From Actinomycetes bacterium (GTDB taxonomy: Bacteria > Actinomycetota > Acidimicrobiia > Acidimicrobiales > JAJYXR01), in assembly GCA_021801525.1 (NCBI GenBank), contig JAJYXW010000123.1, forward strand, positions 1,766 through 65,765: DNA of 64,000 bases. The letters are read 5' to 3'. The position numbers and the translations under genes were made by a program. The notes under the pieces are model-generated. The model ran no database searches, was not told the origin of the DNA, and saw only the letters and a program-made list of their open reading frames with translations. Positions 16,686-26,338 of this stretch are shown here, in pieces (the stretch's first letter is position 1; every line of letters begins with the position of its first letter).

Positions 16686-19294
16686 TGGCGCCCGCCAGAG
16701 ATCGCTCGAGAGTCCCGAACGCCGGGAGCCACGGAGGCGACGGTGCGGCGGTGGCGGCGGGCCTGGGCATGAACCCCTGGGAGATTCTGGACCTTTCCGC
16801 CAGCTTGAACCCCTTTGCGCCGGACATCCGTAGCAGGGTGAGGCTGCTCGTCGACGGCGACGTGCTGCGTCGCTACCCGGACGACTCGCCTGCGACGCTC
16901 AGGCTCGCGAAGGCGCTTGGATGTGATGCCGGGCAAGTGGTGCTGACCAACGGCTGCGCGGAGGCGATATCCCTCGTTGCCGCCCTGCTCGGGAGGGGAT
17001 GGGTGGCGCAGCCCGAGTTCTCCCTCTACGAGGAGCACCTCCGCGCGATGGGGCAGGGTGCTCTCGATCCGAACGGGCCCCTCTTCAGGTCCAACCCGAA
17101 CAACCCGACCGGGCTTCTCGCCACCCCAGAGGAAACCGCGGAGGTATGGGACGAGGCGTTCTACCCGCTAGCAACAGGCTCGTGGACCCGCGGCGACGCT
17201 GCCAAGGGATCGTTCGTGGTGGGATCGCTCACCAAGCTGTTCGCCTGCCCCGGACTGCGGATCGGCTACGTGGTGGCGCCGGACCCCGAGATCGCAGCTT
17301 CCCTTCGCGAGCGTCGCCCGCGCTGGTCCGTGGGGTCGATCGCTGCCGGGTTGTTGCCGGATCTGCTCGATGGCTGCGACCTGCCGGAATGGGCCCGGCA
17401 GATCGCAGCAGCGCGGGGCGAGCTCGCCAGCGTGCTCGATTCCCACGGCCTCGATCCCCGGCCTTCGGATGCCAACTGGCTTCTATTCTCGGGGCCGGCC
17501 GACCTGCGAGAGAGCCTTGCGGCCGAAGGGATACTGGTCAGGGACTGCACTGGCTTCGGATTGGCCGGCATCTACCGCATGGCGGTGCCGGACCCGCGTG
17601 AGCTGGAACGGATCGACCGCTCGCTCTCTAGGGCGCTTGGAGGCTCAGCGGACAGGGAGGTTGGATCAGGTAGCCGTTCATCGGCCGGAGTGAGGGGCAT
17701 CGCGGCACCTGGGGCCCGGCCGGCGGTGCGCGGCGCACTCATGGTGTGCGGCACTGGCAGCGATGCCGGCAAGAGCGCGTTCGTCACCGGCCTCTGCCGC
17801 CTGCTCGCCCGATCAGGAGTGCGGGTTGCCCCGTTCAAGGGTCAGAACATGTCTCTCAACTCCTTCGTCACGCCAGGGGGGGCGGAGATCGGAAGGGCGC
17901 AGGCAGTCCAGGCATTTGCCTCGGGAGTGGAGCCGGTGGCGGAGATGAACCCGGTGCTGTTGAAGCCGACGGGCGAGCGTGCGAGCCAGGTGGTGGTCAT
18001 GGGGCGGCCGTGGGCCGACATGGACGCGGGGGAGTACCAGCGAGCGAAGGCGCGCCTTCGCCCCATAGTCGAGTCTGCCTTGGACAGCCTGCTCGCGCGC
18101 CACGACGTGGTGGTGCTGGAGGGGGCGGGCAGCCCGGCGGAGATCAACCTTCTCGATTCCGACATCGCGAACCTCGGGCTGGCCGCGTCACGCCAGATAG
18201 CCGCAATGGTGGTGGGGGACATCGAGCGTGGCGGCGTGCTTGCCTCGATCTACGGGACCATGGCGATCCTCCCCCCGGAGCTCGGCGACATGCTCCGAGG
18301 GTTCGTAGTGAACAAGTTCCGGGGCGACCCGGCGCTGTTGGTGCCGGGAGTGGAGGCGCTGGCGCGTCGCAGCGGGCTCACGCCGCTCGGGACGATCCCC
18401 TGGTGCGAGCAGCTCGCCTTCGACGCCGAGGACTCACTCACGCTGGCGAGCGGCCTGGCGCGCCCTGCCGTCACGAAGTCTGCGCTCAGCTCTCCTGCAC
18501 TCGATGTGGCAGCGATAGCGCTGCCGCACCTCTCCAACGCCACGGACCTCGACCCGCTGGCGCTCGAACCGGCGCTGTCCCTTCGGCTGGTGCACACACC
18601 CGCAGAGATCGCCGACGCGGACTTGGTCGTGATCCCCGGTACCAAGGCAACGCTCTATGACCTCGCGTGGCTGCGCGACACGGGCCTGGCGGCAGCCGTC
18701 GTGGAGCGGGCTCGCCGCCCTGGCGGGCCGGTGGTCCTCGGGATATGCGGGGGCTACCAGATGCTAGGGACACACGTCGAGGACGGCGTGGAGAGCCCGG
18801 GCCGGGCGGAGGGACTGGGCCTTCTCGACGTCGAGACGGTCTTCAGGCAGGAGAAGGTGACCCGGCAGCGCTCCGGCGCTCTCGCTCCGGGGGTGTTCGG
18901 TGCTGCTCACAAGGCAGCCGTGGCCGGCTACGAGATACACCACGGTCAGGTCGCGAGGCACAGCTCGGCGGCAACTGCATGGATAGCGCTCGACGACGAG
19001 CACGGTTCGGAGCTGGAGGGGGCTGCCGACTGGGGCTCGGGCGTGCTCGGTACCAGCCTTCACGGGATGCTCGAGTGCGACGAGCTTCGCTCGCTGCTGC
19101 TCACCCACGTGGCGTCGCGGCGCTCCAAGGGCTTCGACGGGTGCCGCATCCGCTTCGCCGAGTGCCGCAACAGCCGCATCGATGCCCTGGCCGACCTGAT
19201 CGAGGCCCATTGCGACGTGGATGGAATCCTGGCCCTCGCGGAGGCGCGCGGGGCATCTTCCCCGGCGAGTGCCGGAGGCCGGAGGCACCTGTGA
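16682..19294 (+). CDS. cobQ: fusion: class I/II aminotransferase-fold CobC/CobD-type (threonine-phosphate decarboxylase-like) + cobyric acid synthase CobQ
   Basis: The N-terminal ~330 aa are PLP-aminotransferase-like (LSASLNPFAP...SLTKLFACPGLRIGY). The C-terminal part has the CobQ P-loop (MVCGTGSDAGKSAFVTG) and a GATase domain (GICGGYQMLG). Confidence 0.8.
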   Translation: MMAPARDRSRVPNAGSHGGDGAAVAAGLGMNPWEILDLSASLNPFAPDIRSRVRLLVDGDVLRRYPDDSPATLRLAKALGCDAGQVVLTNGCAEAISLVAALLGRGWVAQPEFSLYEEHLRAMGQGALDPNGPLFRSNPNNPTGLLATPEETAEVWDEAFYPLATGSWTRGDAAKGSFVVGSLTKLFACPGLRIGYVVAPDPEIAASLRERRPRWSVGSIAAGLLPDLLDGCDLPEWARQIAAARGELASVLDSHGLDPRPSDANWLLFSGPADLRESLAAEGILVRDCTGFGLAGIYRMAVPDPRELERIDRSLSRALGGSADREVGSGSRSSAGVRGIAAPGARPAVRGALMVCGTGSDAGKSAFVTGLCRLLARSGVRVAPFKGQNMSLNSFVTPGGAEIGRAQAVQAFASGVEPVAEMNPVLLKPTGERASQVVVMGRPWADMDAGEYQRAKARLRPIVESALDSLLARHDVVVLEGAGSPAEINLLDSDIANLGLAASRQIAAMVVGDIERGGVLASIYGTMAILPPELGDMLRGFVVNKFRGDPALLVPGVEALARRSGLTPLGTIPWCEQLAFDAEDSLTLASGLARPAVTKSALSSPALDVAAIALPHLSNATDLDPLALEPALSLRLVHTPAEIADADLVVIPGTKATLYDLAWLRDTGLAAAVVERARRPGGPVVLGICGGYQMLGTHVEDGVESPGRAEGLGLLDVETVFRQEKVTRQRSGALAPGVFGAAHKAAVAGYEIHHGQVARHSSAATAWIALDDEHGSELEGAADWGSGVLGTSLHGMLECDELRSLLLTHVASRRSKGFDGCRIRFAECRNSRIDALADLIEAHCDVDGILALAEARGASSPASAGGRRHL

Positions 19295-22200
19295 TCCTCT
19301 TCCTCACCAATGCGGACACCGAGATACTGGCCCTGAGAGTGGTCGCGGAGGTGCTGCCGGAGGCGTTCCCGGAGCTCCGGGCGGCCAACCCGGCGAACAC
19401 GGACGAGGCACCGTCGCTGGATGGCGTCGAGCTGGTCGTAGCTCGCCTGCTCGGGGGCGCCATGTCGTGGGAGGGCCCCTTCGAGCAGCTTCGTCTGGAT
19501 TGCGTGCAAAGAGGAGTGCCTCTCGTCGCGTTGGGCGGGGAGGCGGTACCCGATGCAGGCCTGGCCGCGGCGAGCAGCGTGCCGGCGGGCACGCTGCGCC
19601 AGGCTCACGCCTACGTGGCCGAGGGCGGCGTCGCCAACCTGGAGAACCTCCTGCGGTTCCTCGCGGACACGGTGCTCATGACCGGGTTCGGCTTCGAGCC
19701 CCCGGTGGTGGTGCCACTGCACGGGGTGCTCGACGAGCGGCCTCGGGACCGCTCGAAACCCTTGGTCGGGGTGGTCTTCTACAGGGCGCACCTGCTAGCC
19801 GGCAACACCCAGTTCGTCGAGGACCTGTGCAGGAGCATCGAGGCCCTGGGCGCCAACGCCGTAGCGGTCTTCACGTACTCCCTCCGCCCAGATGCGGCGG
19901 GCGAGGTTCCTGCCGCAGGAGTCCTCGAGTCGCTCAGCGTCGACGCAGTCATAACCACGACCCTCGTGGCCGGAAGCCTTGCCTCGGGTGCCTCCACGTG
20001 GGACCCGGGCGCGCTGGCACGGCTGGACGTCCCGGTGGTGCAGGCGATCTGCTCGACCTCCTCTTCGGTGGAGTGGTCGGCCTCGGCTGCCGGCCTCTCG
20101 CCGATCGACATGGCAATGTCGGTAGCAATACCCGAGTTCGACGGCCGGATCGTGTCGGTGCCGTTCTCCTTCAAGGAGACGGTGGAAGGTGACGAAGTGC
20201 TCGGCACCCCGCTCAGTGCATACCGGACTCGGCCCGACCGGGTGGAGAGGGTGGCGGAGCTCGCCGTGCGGCTCGCCGCGCTCGGCCGGATGCCGCCGGG
20301 CGAGCGCCGGGTGGCGGTCGTGCTCTCCGCCTACCCGACGAAGCGCAGCCGCCTCGGGAACGCGGTCGGCCTCGATACGCCCCGGTCCGTGGTGCGCCTC
20401 CTGCGGGCCATGAGCGAGGCCGGCTACCGGGTGGATCCGCTGCCCGATGACGCGGACTCCTTGATGGCGGATCTGGCTTGGAGCATGGCGCACGCAGAAC
20501 AGGCCTATGACGGCGCTCGTGACTTCGGGGAGGAGGGACTACGTGCACGCGGTGTCGGCAGGATGCGAGCCGAGGATTACTGCGCGTGGTTCTCCACGTT
20601 GCCGGCCGACTTCGCGGACAAGGTGTGCTCTGCCTGGGGTGAGCCGCCCGGGGCCGTAGGGGTGAGCGCCGCAGGTGCAGGAAAGAGCGCGGAGCTGTGC
20701 TTCCCCACCCTCGACCTCGGTTCGGTCGTGGTCGCGCTCCAGCCGGCTAGGGGGTTCGGCGAGGACCCGGTTGCCGTGTACCACTCGCCGGACTTGCCCC
20801 CCACGCACCAGTACCTCGCGTTCTACCGGTACCTCGACCTCGTCTTCGGCGCGCACGCGATCGTGCACGTGGGCAAGCACGGTACGCTCGAGTGGCTGCC
20901 CGGCAAGGGAGCAGGTCTCTCTGCCTCGTGCGCCCCGGATGCCGCGCTCGGGAGCGTGCCCCTCGTCTACCCGTTCGTCGTCAACGACCCTGGTGAGGGC
21001 GCCCAGGCAAAGCGCCGCTCGCATGCCGTCATCGTCGATCACCTGGTTCCCCCGCTCACCAGGGCCGACACCTACGACGACCTGGCCCGCCTGGAGTCAC
21101 TGCTGGACGAGCACGCCCGTGTGGCGGGCCTGGACCCGTCGAAGCTGCCTGCGGTGCGCAAGCAGGTGTGGGAGTGCCTGGTGTCCGCCGAAATACATCG
21201 CGACCTCGGCCTCGACGAAACGGACGGCGGTCCCGCTTCGGGAAGCTTCGACGACCCGGCGTTCGACGATCTCGTGGCGAGCATCGACGGGTACCTGTGC
21301 GAGCTGAAGGACGCGCAGATTCGAGGGGGTCTCCACGTTCTGTCCTGCCCGCCATCAGGCGAAGCGGAGCTCGACTTCGTCGCGGCGATGACCCGGCTTC
21401 CCCAGGGAGGCGTGCCGTCGCTCAGGCGCTGCGTCGCGGAGGAGCTCGGTGTCGACCTGGCAGCTGCTCGGCGCAAGGACGTGGACCTGGTGGACGCGCA
21501 TTGCATGCGGCTGCTGCGAGCCTGTCAGGCGGCCGGCTGGCGAGTGGGGGAGCAAGCCAGCGCATGGGCCAAGGCCGAGGCGGTGCTCGATTGGGTGTGC
21601 GCGTCGCTCGTCCCAGCGCTTCGGGCAACCGTTGGGGAGGTTCCGGCAATCCTGCACGCGCTCGACGGGGGCTTCGTCGCTCCCGGTCCGAGCGGCGCGC
21701 CTTCGAGGGGTCAGGCCGACGTGCTCCCCACCGGCCGCAACTTCTACGCCCTGGACCCTCGCGGGGTGCCCTCCCGGCTTTCGTGGGAGGTGGGGCAGGG
21801 GCTGGCGAGAGCCCTCTGCGAGAGGTATGTAGCCGAGGAGGGACGCTGCCCGAGATCCGTCGGCATCGTCGTCTGGGGCACAGCGGCGATGCGCACCGGC
21901 GGAGACGACGTGGCTCAGGCCCTGGCCCTGCTCGGCGTGAGGCCGGTATGGGCCGACGAGGGGGGGAGGGTCGTAGGAGTAGAGGCGATCGCGCTCGACG
22001 AGCTGGGGCGTGCGCGGGTGGACGTGACCTTGCGGGTATCGGGGTTCTTCCGTGATGCGTTTCCCCATGTGATCGACCTCTTCGACAAGGCCGTGGAACT
22101 GGTCGCCTCGCTCGACGAGCCGCTCGGCGAGAACCCGCTCGTGGCCTCCGGGCCGAGAGATCCCCGGGTGTTCGGGCCGAAGCCGGGCGCTTACGGATCT

Positions 22201-22878
22201 GGCATTCTCGAGGTGATCGACTCGGGGAACTGGAGGAGCGACGACGACCTCGCGGCGGTGTACCTGGCTTGGGGGGGGTGGTCTTACGGGCGCTCCGGAT
22301 ATGGCGCGCCGGCTCCCGAGGCGTTGAGAAGGCGCCTCGGCGCACTCGAGGTCGCAGTGAAGAACCAGGACAACCGTGAACACGACATCTTTGACTCCGA
22401 CGACTACCTGCAGGACCACGGAGGGATGATCGTTGCCATGCGAGCGATCTCAGGCCGTAGCCCGAAGGCGTTCTTCGGCGACAGCTCGGACCCGAACCGC
22501 CCCAGGGTGAGGTCACTCGCAGAGGAAGCAGCACGCGTCGTGCGCAGCCGCGTGGTGAACCCGAAGTGGATATCCGCCATGATGCGGCACGGTTACAAGG
22601 GCGCTTTCGAGATGGCCGCGACCGTGGACTACCTGTTCGGCTACGACGCGACCGCGGGCGTGGTGCAGGACTGGATGTACGAGCGGGTCACCCGGTCGTA
22701 CGTGGGCGACCCGGAGGTGCGGAAGTTCTTCGAGGCGTCCAATCCGTGGGCGCTGAAGGCGATAGCGGAGAGGCTGCTCGAAGCGTCGGATCGTGGAATG
22801 TGGGACGCGAGCGAGGACGCTCTGGCGACCCTGCGCTCCGCGCTGCTCGAAGCCGAGGGATGGGAGGAGGACGGATGA
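19291..22878 (+). CDS. cobN: cobaltochelatase large subunit CobN
   Basis: The protein is about 1195 aa starting at VILFLTNADTEILALR. The GTG overlaps the cobQ stop (GTGA). It shows CobN/Mg-chelatase H family motifs throughout. The extra 208 N-terminal codons in the track ORF overlap cobQ. Confidence 0.85.
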   Translation: MILFLTNADTEILALRVVAEVLPEAFPELRAANPANTDEAPSLDGVELVVARLLGGAMSWEGPFEQLRLDCVQRGVPLVALGGEAVPDAGLAAASSVPAGTLRQAHAYVAEGGVANLENLLRFLADTVLMTGFGFEPPVVVPLHGVLDERPRDRSKPLVGVVFYRAHLLAGNTQFVEDLCRSIEALGANAVAVFTYSLRPDAAGEVPAAGVLESLSVDAVITTTLVAGSLASGASTWDPGALARLDVPVVQAICSTSSSVEWSASAAGLSPIDMAMSVAIPEFDGRIVSVPFSFKETVEGDEVLGTPLSAYRTRPDRVERVAELAVRLAALGRMPPGERRVAVVLSAYPTKRSRLGNAVGLDTPRSVVRLLRAMSEAGYRVDPLPDDADSLMADLAWSMAHAEQAYDGARDFGEEGLRARGVGRMRAEDYCAWFSTLPADFADKVCSAWGEPPGAVGVSAAGAGKSAELCFPTLDLGSVVVALQPARGFGEDPVAVYHSPDLPPTHQYLAFYRYLDLVFGAHAIVHVGKHGTLEWLPGKGAGLSASCAPDAALGSVPLVYPFVVNDPGEGAQAKRRSHAVIVDHLVPPLTRADTYDDLARLESLLDEHARVAGLDPSKLPAVRKQVWECLVSAEIHRDLGLDETDGGPASGSFDDPAFDDLVASIDGYLCELKDAQIRGGLHVLSCPPSGEAELDFVAAMTRLPQGGVPSLRRCVAEELGVDLAAARRKDVDLVDAHCMRLLRACQAAGWRVGEQASAWAKAEAVLDWVCASLVPALRATVGEVPAILHALDGGFVAPGPSGAPSRGQADVLPTGRNFYALDPRGVPSRLSWEVGQGLARALCERYVAEEGRCPRSVGIVVWGTAAMRTGGDDVAQALALLGVRPVWADEGGRVVGVEAIALDELGRARVDVTLRVSGFFRDAFPHVIDLFDKAVELVASLDEPLGENPLVASGPRDPRVFGPKPGAYGSGILEVIDSGNWRSDDDLAAVYLAWGGWSYGRSGYGAPAPEALRRRLGALEVAVKNQDNREHDIFDSDDYLQDHGGMIVAMRAISGRSPKAFFGDSSDPNRPRVRSLAEEAARVVRSRVVNPKWISAMMRHGYKGAFEMAATVDYLFGYDATAGVVQDWMYERVTRSYVGDPEVRKFFEASNPWALKAIAERLLEASDRGMWDASEDALATLRSALLEAEGWEEDG

Positions 22879-22941
22879 GGTGGTCGTCCACGAGGAGACC
22901 CATGCGGATCTCCATGCGGAGCTGCTCGAGGTGATGGGACC

Positions 22942-24960
22942 GTGCAGGTGAGTGGCGCAGGGGATGGGTTCGTGGAGGTCGGCGACGCGGGCCCGATCCC
23001 GCATCGGGCGGAGCTTCCCTTCAGCGCCGTCGTCGGCCAGGAGCAGGCGCAGCTCGCGCTGCTCGTGGCTTCCGTCGACTCAGCGATCGGCGGGGTGCTG
23101 CTCACCGGGGAGAAGGGGAGCGCGAAGACCACGCTGGCACGAGGCCTCGCATCTCTCCTTGCGCCCGGGGCTCCCTTCGTAGAGCTCCCTCTCGGGGCAT
23201 CGGAGGACCGGGTGCTCGGATCGATCGACCTGCGCGCTGTTGTAGCCGACGGAGAGCGCCGGCTGGTGCCCGGTCTCCTAGCCGAGGCGGACGGGGGCGT
23301 CCTCTACGTGGACGAGGTCAACTTGCTGCCCGACCACTTGGTCGACGTCCTGCTCGACTCGGCGGCTACGGGTGTATGTCGCGTCGAGCGCGAGGGTGTG
23401 TCGGTCGCGTACCCGAGCCGGTTCCTCCTCGTCGGCTCCATGAACCCCGAAGAAGGCGAGCTACGGCCGCAGCTTCTCGACCGCTTCGGCCTCTGTGTCG
23501 CGGTCAAGGCCCCGAAGGACAGCTCCGTGCGTGCCGAGGCTGTGCGCCGTCGCCTGGAGCACGACGCCGACCCGGATGCCTTTGTGCTGCGTTTCGCCGG
23601 CAGCGAGGAGGAGGCGCGCCGAGCGCTCGCCGTAGCGCGGCCGGCGCCCTTGGAGCCTGGTTTGGTCGAGAAGGTCTCGGCTCTGTGCGCGTCGGTCGGC
23701 GTGGAGGGGCTCCGCGCGGACATAACCTGCTGCCGGGCCGCAGCAGCGCTGGCGGGACTGGAGGGTCGCCCGCTCGCCACGAGCGAGGACGTCCGTCGGG
23801 TGGCGGAGATGGTGCTGGCCCACAGGCGCCGCCGCTCGCCCTTCGAATCGTCGGGTATCGACCCGCGAGAGCTCGACAGCGCCATCGGCACCCACCTCGG
23901 CAGCTCCGCGGAGACCGGGACGGATTCGGACATGGGCGATCACTCCGGCAGCTCCGCTGAGAGCGGTGTGGATTCGGGCATGAATGATCGCTCCGGCAGC
24001 CCCGCGGAGACCGGCGCGGACCCGGGCGCTGGCGATGGTTCCGGCAGCTTCCAGAGCCGGCGTTCGCCTCCGCCTCCGCCCATGCCTCCGCCTCCGCCCA
24101 TGCCTCCGGCACCCCCTATGCCTCTGGAGATCCCGCAGGGGGCTCGGGAGCCCTTCATGGCCTCTAGGCGGCGCGCTGGCACCGAGGGAAGCTCCGGCAG
24201 ACGCGACATCGCCGGCGGGTCGAAGGGGCGCCTGATATCCACGAGGGCTCCCCGAGGGGCTCCCACCAGCATCGCCGTGAGCGAGACGGTGATCGCGTCC
24301 GCGGCGCGGCGAGCACTCGATGCTGCGACGGGAGTGCCGGCCAGAGCTGCCCCGATTGAACCGGGCGACATCCGCGAGGGTGTCCACGTCAGGCGCGCCG
24401 GCTGCCTGCTGGTCCTCGCCGTCGACGCTTCGGGATCCATGGGAGCGAGGTCACGCATGGAAGCAGCTCGGGGAGCCGTGCTGTCGCTCCTGCTCGACGC
24501 ATACCAGCAGCGAGATCGGGTGGCGATGGTGGCCTTCGGAGGGGAGGGTGCACGAGTGCTCATGCAACCCACCGGCAGCATCGAGGTGGCTAGAGCACGC
24601 CTTGGAGACCTTCCCACCGGCGGAAGGACCCCCCTGGCAGCGGGTATCGAGCAGGCCCTCGAGGTGGCGACACGCCGCCGTGGGGTAGATAGCCGCCCGC
24701 TGATAGCGCTGGTCACGGACGGACGGGCCACTGAGGCCGCTCCCGGCATCGACCCTGTGGAGGCAGCCATCGCCGCGGCAGAGTCGGTGCGCCGTGCCGG
24801 GGTCGAGAGCCTGGTGCTCGACGCAGAGTCAGGTGTCACCCGGCTCGGGCTCTCGCGCGATCTCGCGGAGGCGATGGGCGCTCGTTACGTCGTGCTCGAC
24901 ACGGTGGACGCCGAGAGCCTGACGGGCGTGCTGCGCAGTGAGCGGGCTCTCGTGCGCTGA
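22942..24960 (+). CDS. ChlI/ChlD-type AAA+ chelatase subunit with C-terminal vWA domain (probable CobN partner)
   Basis: It has an AAA+ N-terminus (VVGQEQAQLALL...LLTGEKGSAKTT), a repeat-rich linker, and a vWA domain (LLVLAVDASGSMG...VTDGRAT). Confidence 0.8.
   Translation: MQVSGAGDGFVEVGDAGPIPHRAELPFSAVVGQEQAQLALLVASVDSAIGGVLLTGEKGSAKTTLARGLASLLAPGAPFVELPLGASEDRVLGSIDLRAVVADGERRLVPGLLAEADGGVLYVDEVNLLPDHLVDVLLDSAATGVCRVEREGVSVAYPSRFLLVGSMNPEEGELRPQLLDRFGLCVAVKAPKDSSVRAEAVRRRLEHDADPDAFVLRFAGSEEEARRALAVARPAPLEPGLVEKVSALCASVGVEGLRADITCCRAAAALAGLEGRPLATSEDVRRVAEMVLAHRRRRSPFESSGIDPRELDSAIGTHLGSSAETGTDSDMGDHSGSSAESGVDSGMNDRSGSPAETGADPGAGDGSGSFQSRRSPPPPPMPPPPPMPPAPPMPLEIPQGAREPFMASRRRAGTEGSSGRRDIAGGSKGRLISTRAPRGAPTSIAVSETVIASAARRALDAATGVPARAAPIEPGDIREGVHVRRAGCLLVLAVDASGSMGARSRMEAARGAVLSLLLDAYQQRDRVAMVAFGGEGARVLMQPTGSIEVARARLGDLPTGGRTPLAAGIEQALEVATRRRGVDSRPLIALVTDGRATEAAPGIDPVEAAIAAAESVRRAGVESLVLDAESGVTRLGLSRDLAEAMGARYVVLDTVDAESLTGVLRSERALVR
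23899..24048 (+). repeat. 48-nt tandem repeat x3 plus a partial copy, in the chelatase linker (GSSAETGTDSDMGDHS-type units)
   Basis: The units are 23899-23946, 23947-23994 and 23995-24042, then ggcagc again. Confidence 0.8.
24067..24120 (+). repeat. 18-nt tandem repeat x3 (PPPPPM units) in the chelatase linker
   Basis: cctccgcctccgcccatg x2 plus a degenerate third copy. Confidence 0.8.
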
Positions 24961-24990
24961 AGTGCACCGGTTTCAGGCGGGCGAGCCGGC

Positions 24991-25368
24991 TCAGATCGCG
25001 CGGACCTGCTCGGCATCCCAGAACGCGTCAAGGGAGAGGATCTCTCCGGCCGGCCCTATGCGCAGGATCTCGATGATGTCCATCTCCATCGCTCCTCCAC
25101 CCGCCTCGACCGTCAGGGTGAACAAGACTGCAGCCTGGTCGCCGCACGCGATCACCTGGCCGGTGCTCACCTTCCAGGAGTCGCTTCCGCCGATGGCGGC
25201 TTCGAAGAACCCCCTGATGGCATCGTGCCCGATGTTCGGGTCGGCTGTCACCGGGTCGCGTTGGACTGCGTCTGCTGCGAAGCACGACACGATGGCATCG
25301 GTATCCCGTGCGGCGACGGCAGCGAGGTAGTGCTCTACTGCCTGGCGCACCTGAGCTGGCTCTGGCAT
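24991..25368 (-). CDS. SnoaL/NTF2-like small protein
   Basis: It is 125 aa. VEHYLAAVAARDTDAIVSCFAADAV..DP is typical of the NTF2-like/ketosteroid isomerase-like fold. Confidence 0.6.
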   Translation of the reverse strand: MPEPAQVRQAVEHYLAAVAARDTDAIVSCFAADAVQRDPVTADPNIGHDAIRGFFEAAIGGSDSWKVSTGQVIACGDQAAVLFTLTVEAGGGAMEMDIIEILRIGPAGEILSLDAFWDAEQVRAI

Positions 25369-25417
25369 CTGCAGTCCTCCTAGTCCGTTCTAGCCGTTGC
25401 TACTCGCTGCTAGCCCC

Positions 25418-26191
25418 CTACGCACCCATTGCGTGCAATCCGCCGTCCACATGGACCATCTCCCCAGTGGTGAGTGGGAACCAGTCCGAGAGGAGCGCGA
25501 CGCAGGCGCGAGCGACCGGCTCCGCATCGCGCACGTCCCACCCGAGGGGAGCGCGCTTCGACCAGGTTTCCTCGAACTCGGCGAACCCTGGTATTGACTT
25601 GGCTGCCATCGTGCGAACCGGGCCTGCGGCTACGAGGTTCACCCGCGTGCGGTCGGCGCCGAGGTCCCGCGCCAGGTAGCGTGCCAGGGATTCGAGGCCG
25701 GCTTTCGCCACACCCATCCAGTCGTAGGCCGGCCATGCCACCCTTGCGTCGAAGTCGAGGCCGACCACCGACCCTCCCCCGGTCGCTGCGAGCAGCGGTC
25801 TGAACGCACCGGCAAGGGCCTTGAGCGAGTACGTGGAAACCTCGAGCGCGACGGCCACGTCCTGCCAGCCCGCTTGGAAGATGTCTCCTCCGAGGCAGCT
25901 AGGGGGGGCGTAGCCGATGGCGTGGACGAGCCCGTCGAGGCGGCCCCACCTGTCCTCTATAAGGGCTGCCGCGGCTTGCACCTCCGCCGGGACGGTGACG
26001 TCCATCTCGAGGACGTCCGCGGGTTCGGGCAGCTTGCGGGCAGTACGCCTCGTGAGCGAGAGGCCCCGCCCCGCCCCGGAGAGGACGATCTCGGCCCCCT
26101 GCTCCTGTGCGAGCCGGGCGACCGCGAATGCCAGGGAGGCGTCGGTGAGCACGCCGGTCACCAGTACCTTCTTCGAGTCGAGCAGTCCCAC
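25418..26191 (-). CDS. fabI: enoyl-[acyl-carrier-protein] reductase (NADH)
   Basis: KKVLVTGVLTDASLAFAVARLAQEQGAEIVLSG and downstream SDR/FabI-InhA-like motifs are present (YxxxxxxK region: YDWMGVAKAGLES). Confidence 0.8.
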   Translation of the reverse strand: MGLLDSKKVLVTGVLTDASLAFAVARLAQEQGAEIVLSGAGRGLSLTRRTARKLPEPADVLEMDVTVPAEVQAAAALIEDRWGRLDGLVHAIGYAPPSCLGGDIFQAGWQDVAVALEVSTYSLKALAGAFRPLLAATGGGSVVGLDFDARVAWPAYDWMGVAKAGLESLARYLARDLGADRTRVNLVAAGPVRTMAAKSIPGFAEFEETWSKRAPLGWDVRDAEPVARACVALLSDWFPLTTGEMVHVDGGLHAMGA

Positions 26192-26338
26192 GGGTCGGCA
26201 AGGTTAGTGCTCTCTTGGGCGCAGCAGGTGATCCCGGCCCCGGCCCCGGCCCCAGCTCGCACACCCCGGCGACCCCCGTGTTCGAATGCCGTGTCGCGTT
26301 GTCGAAGGTCTGCTGGCCGGTGTGTAAAGGTAGATGGC

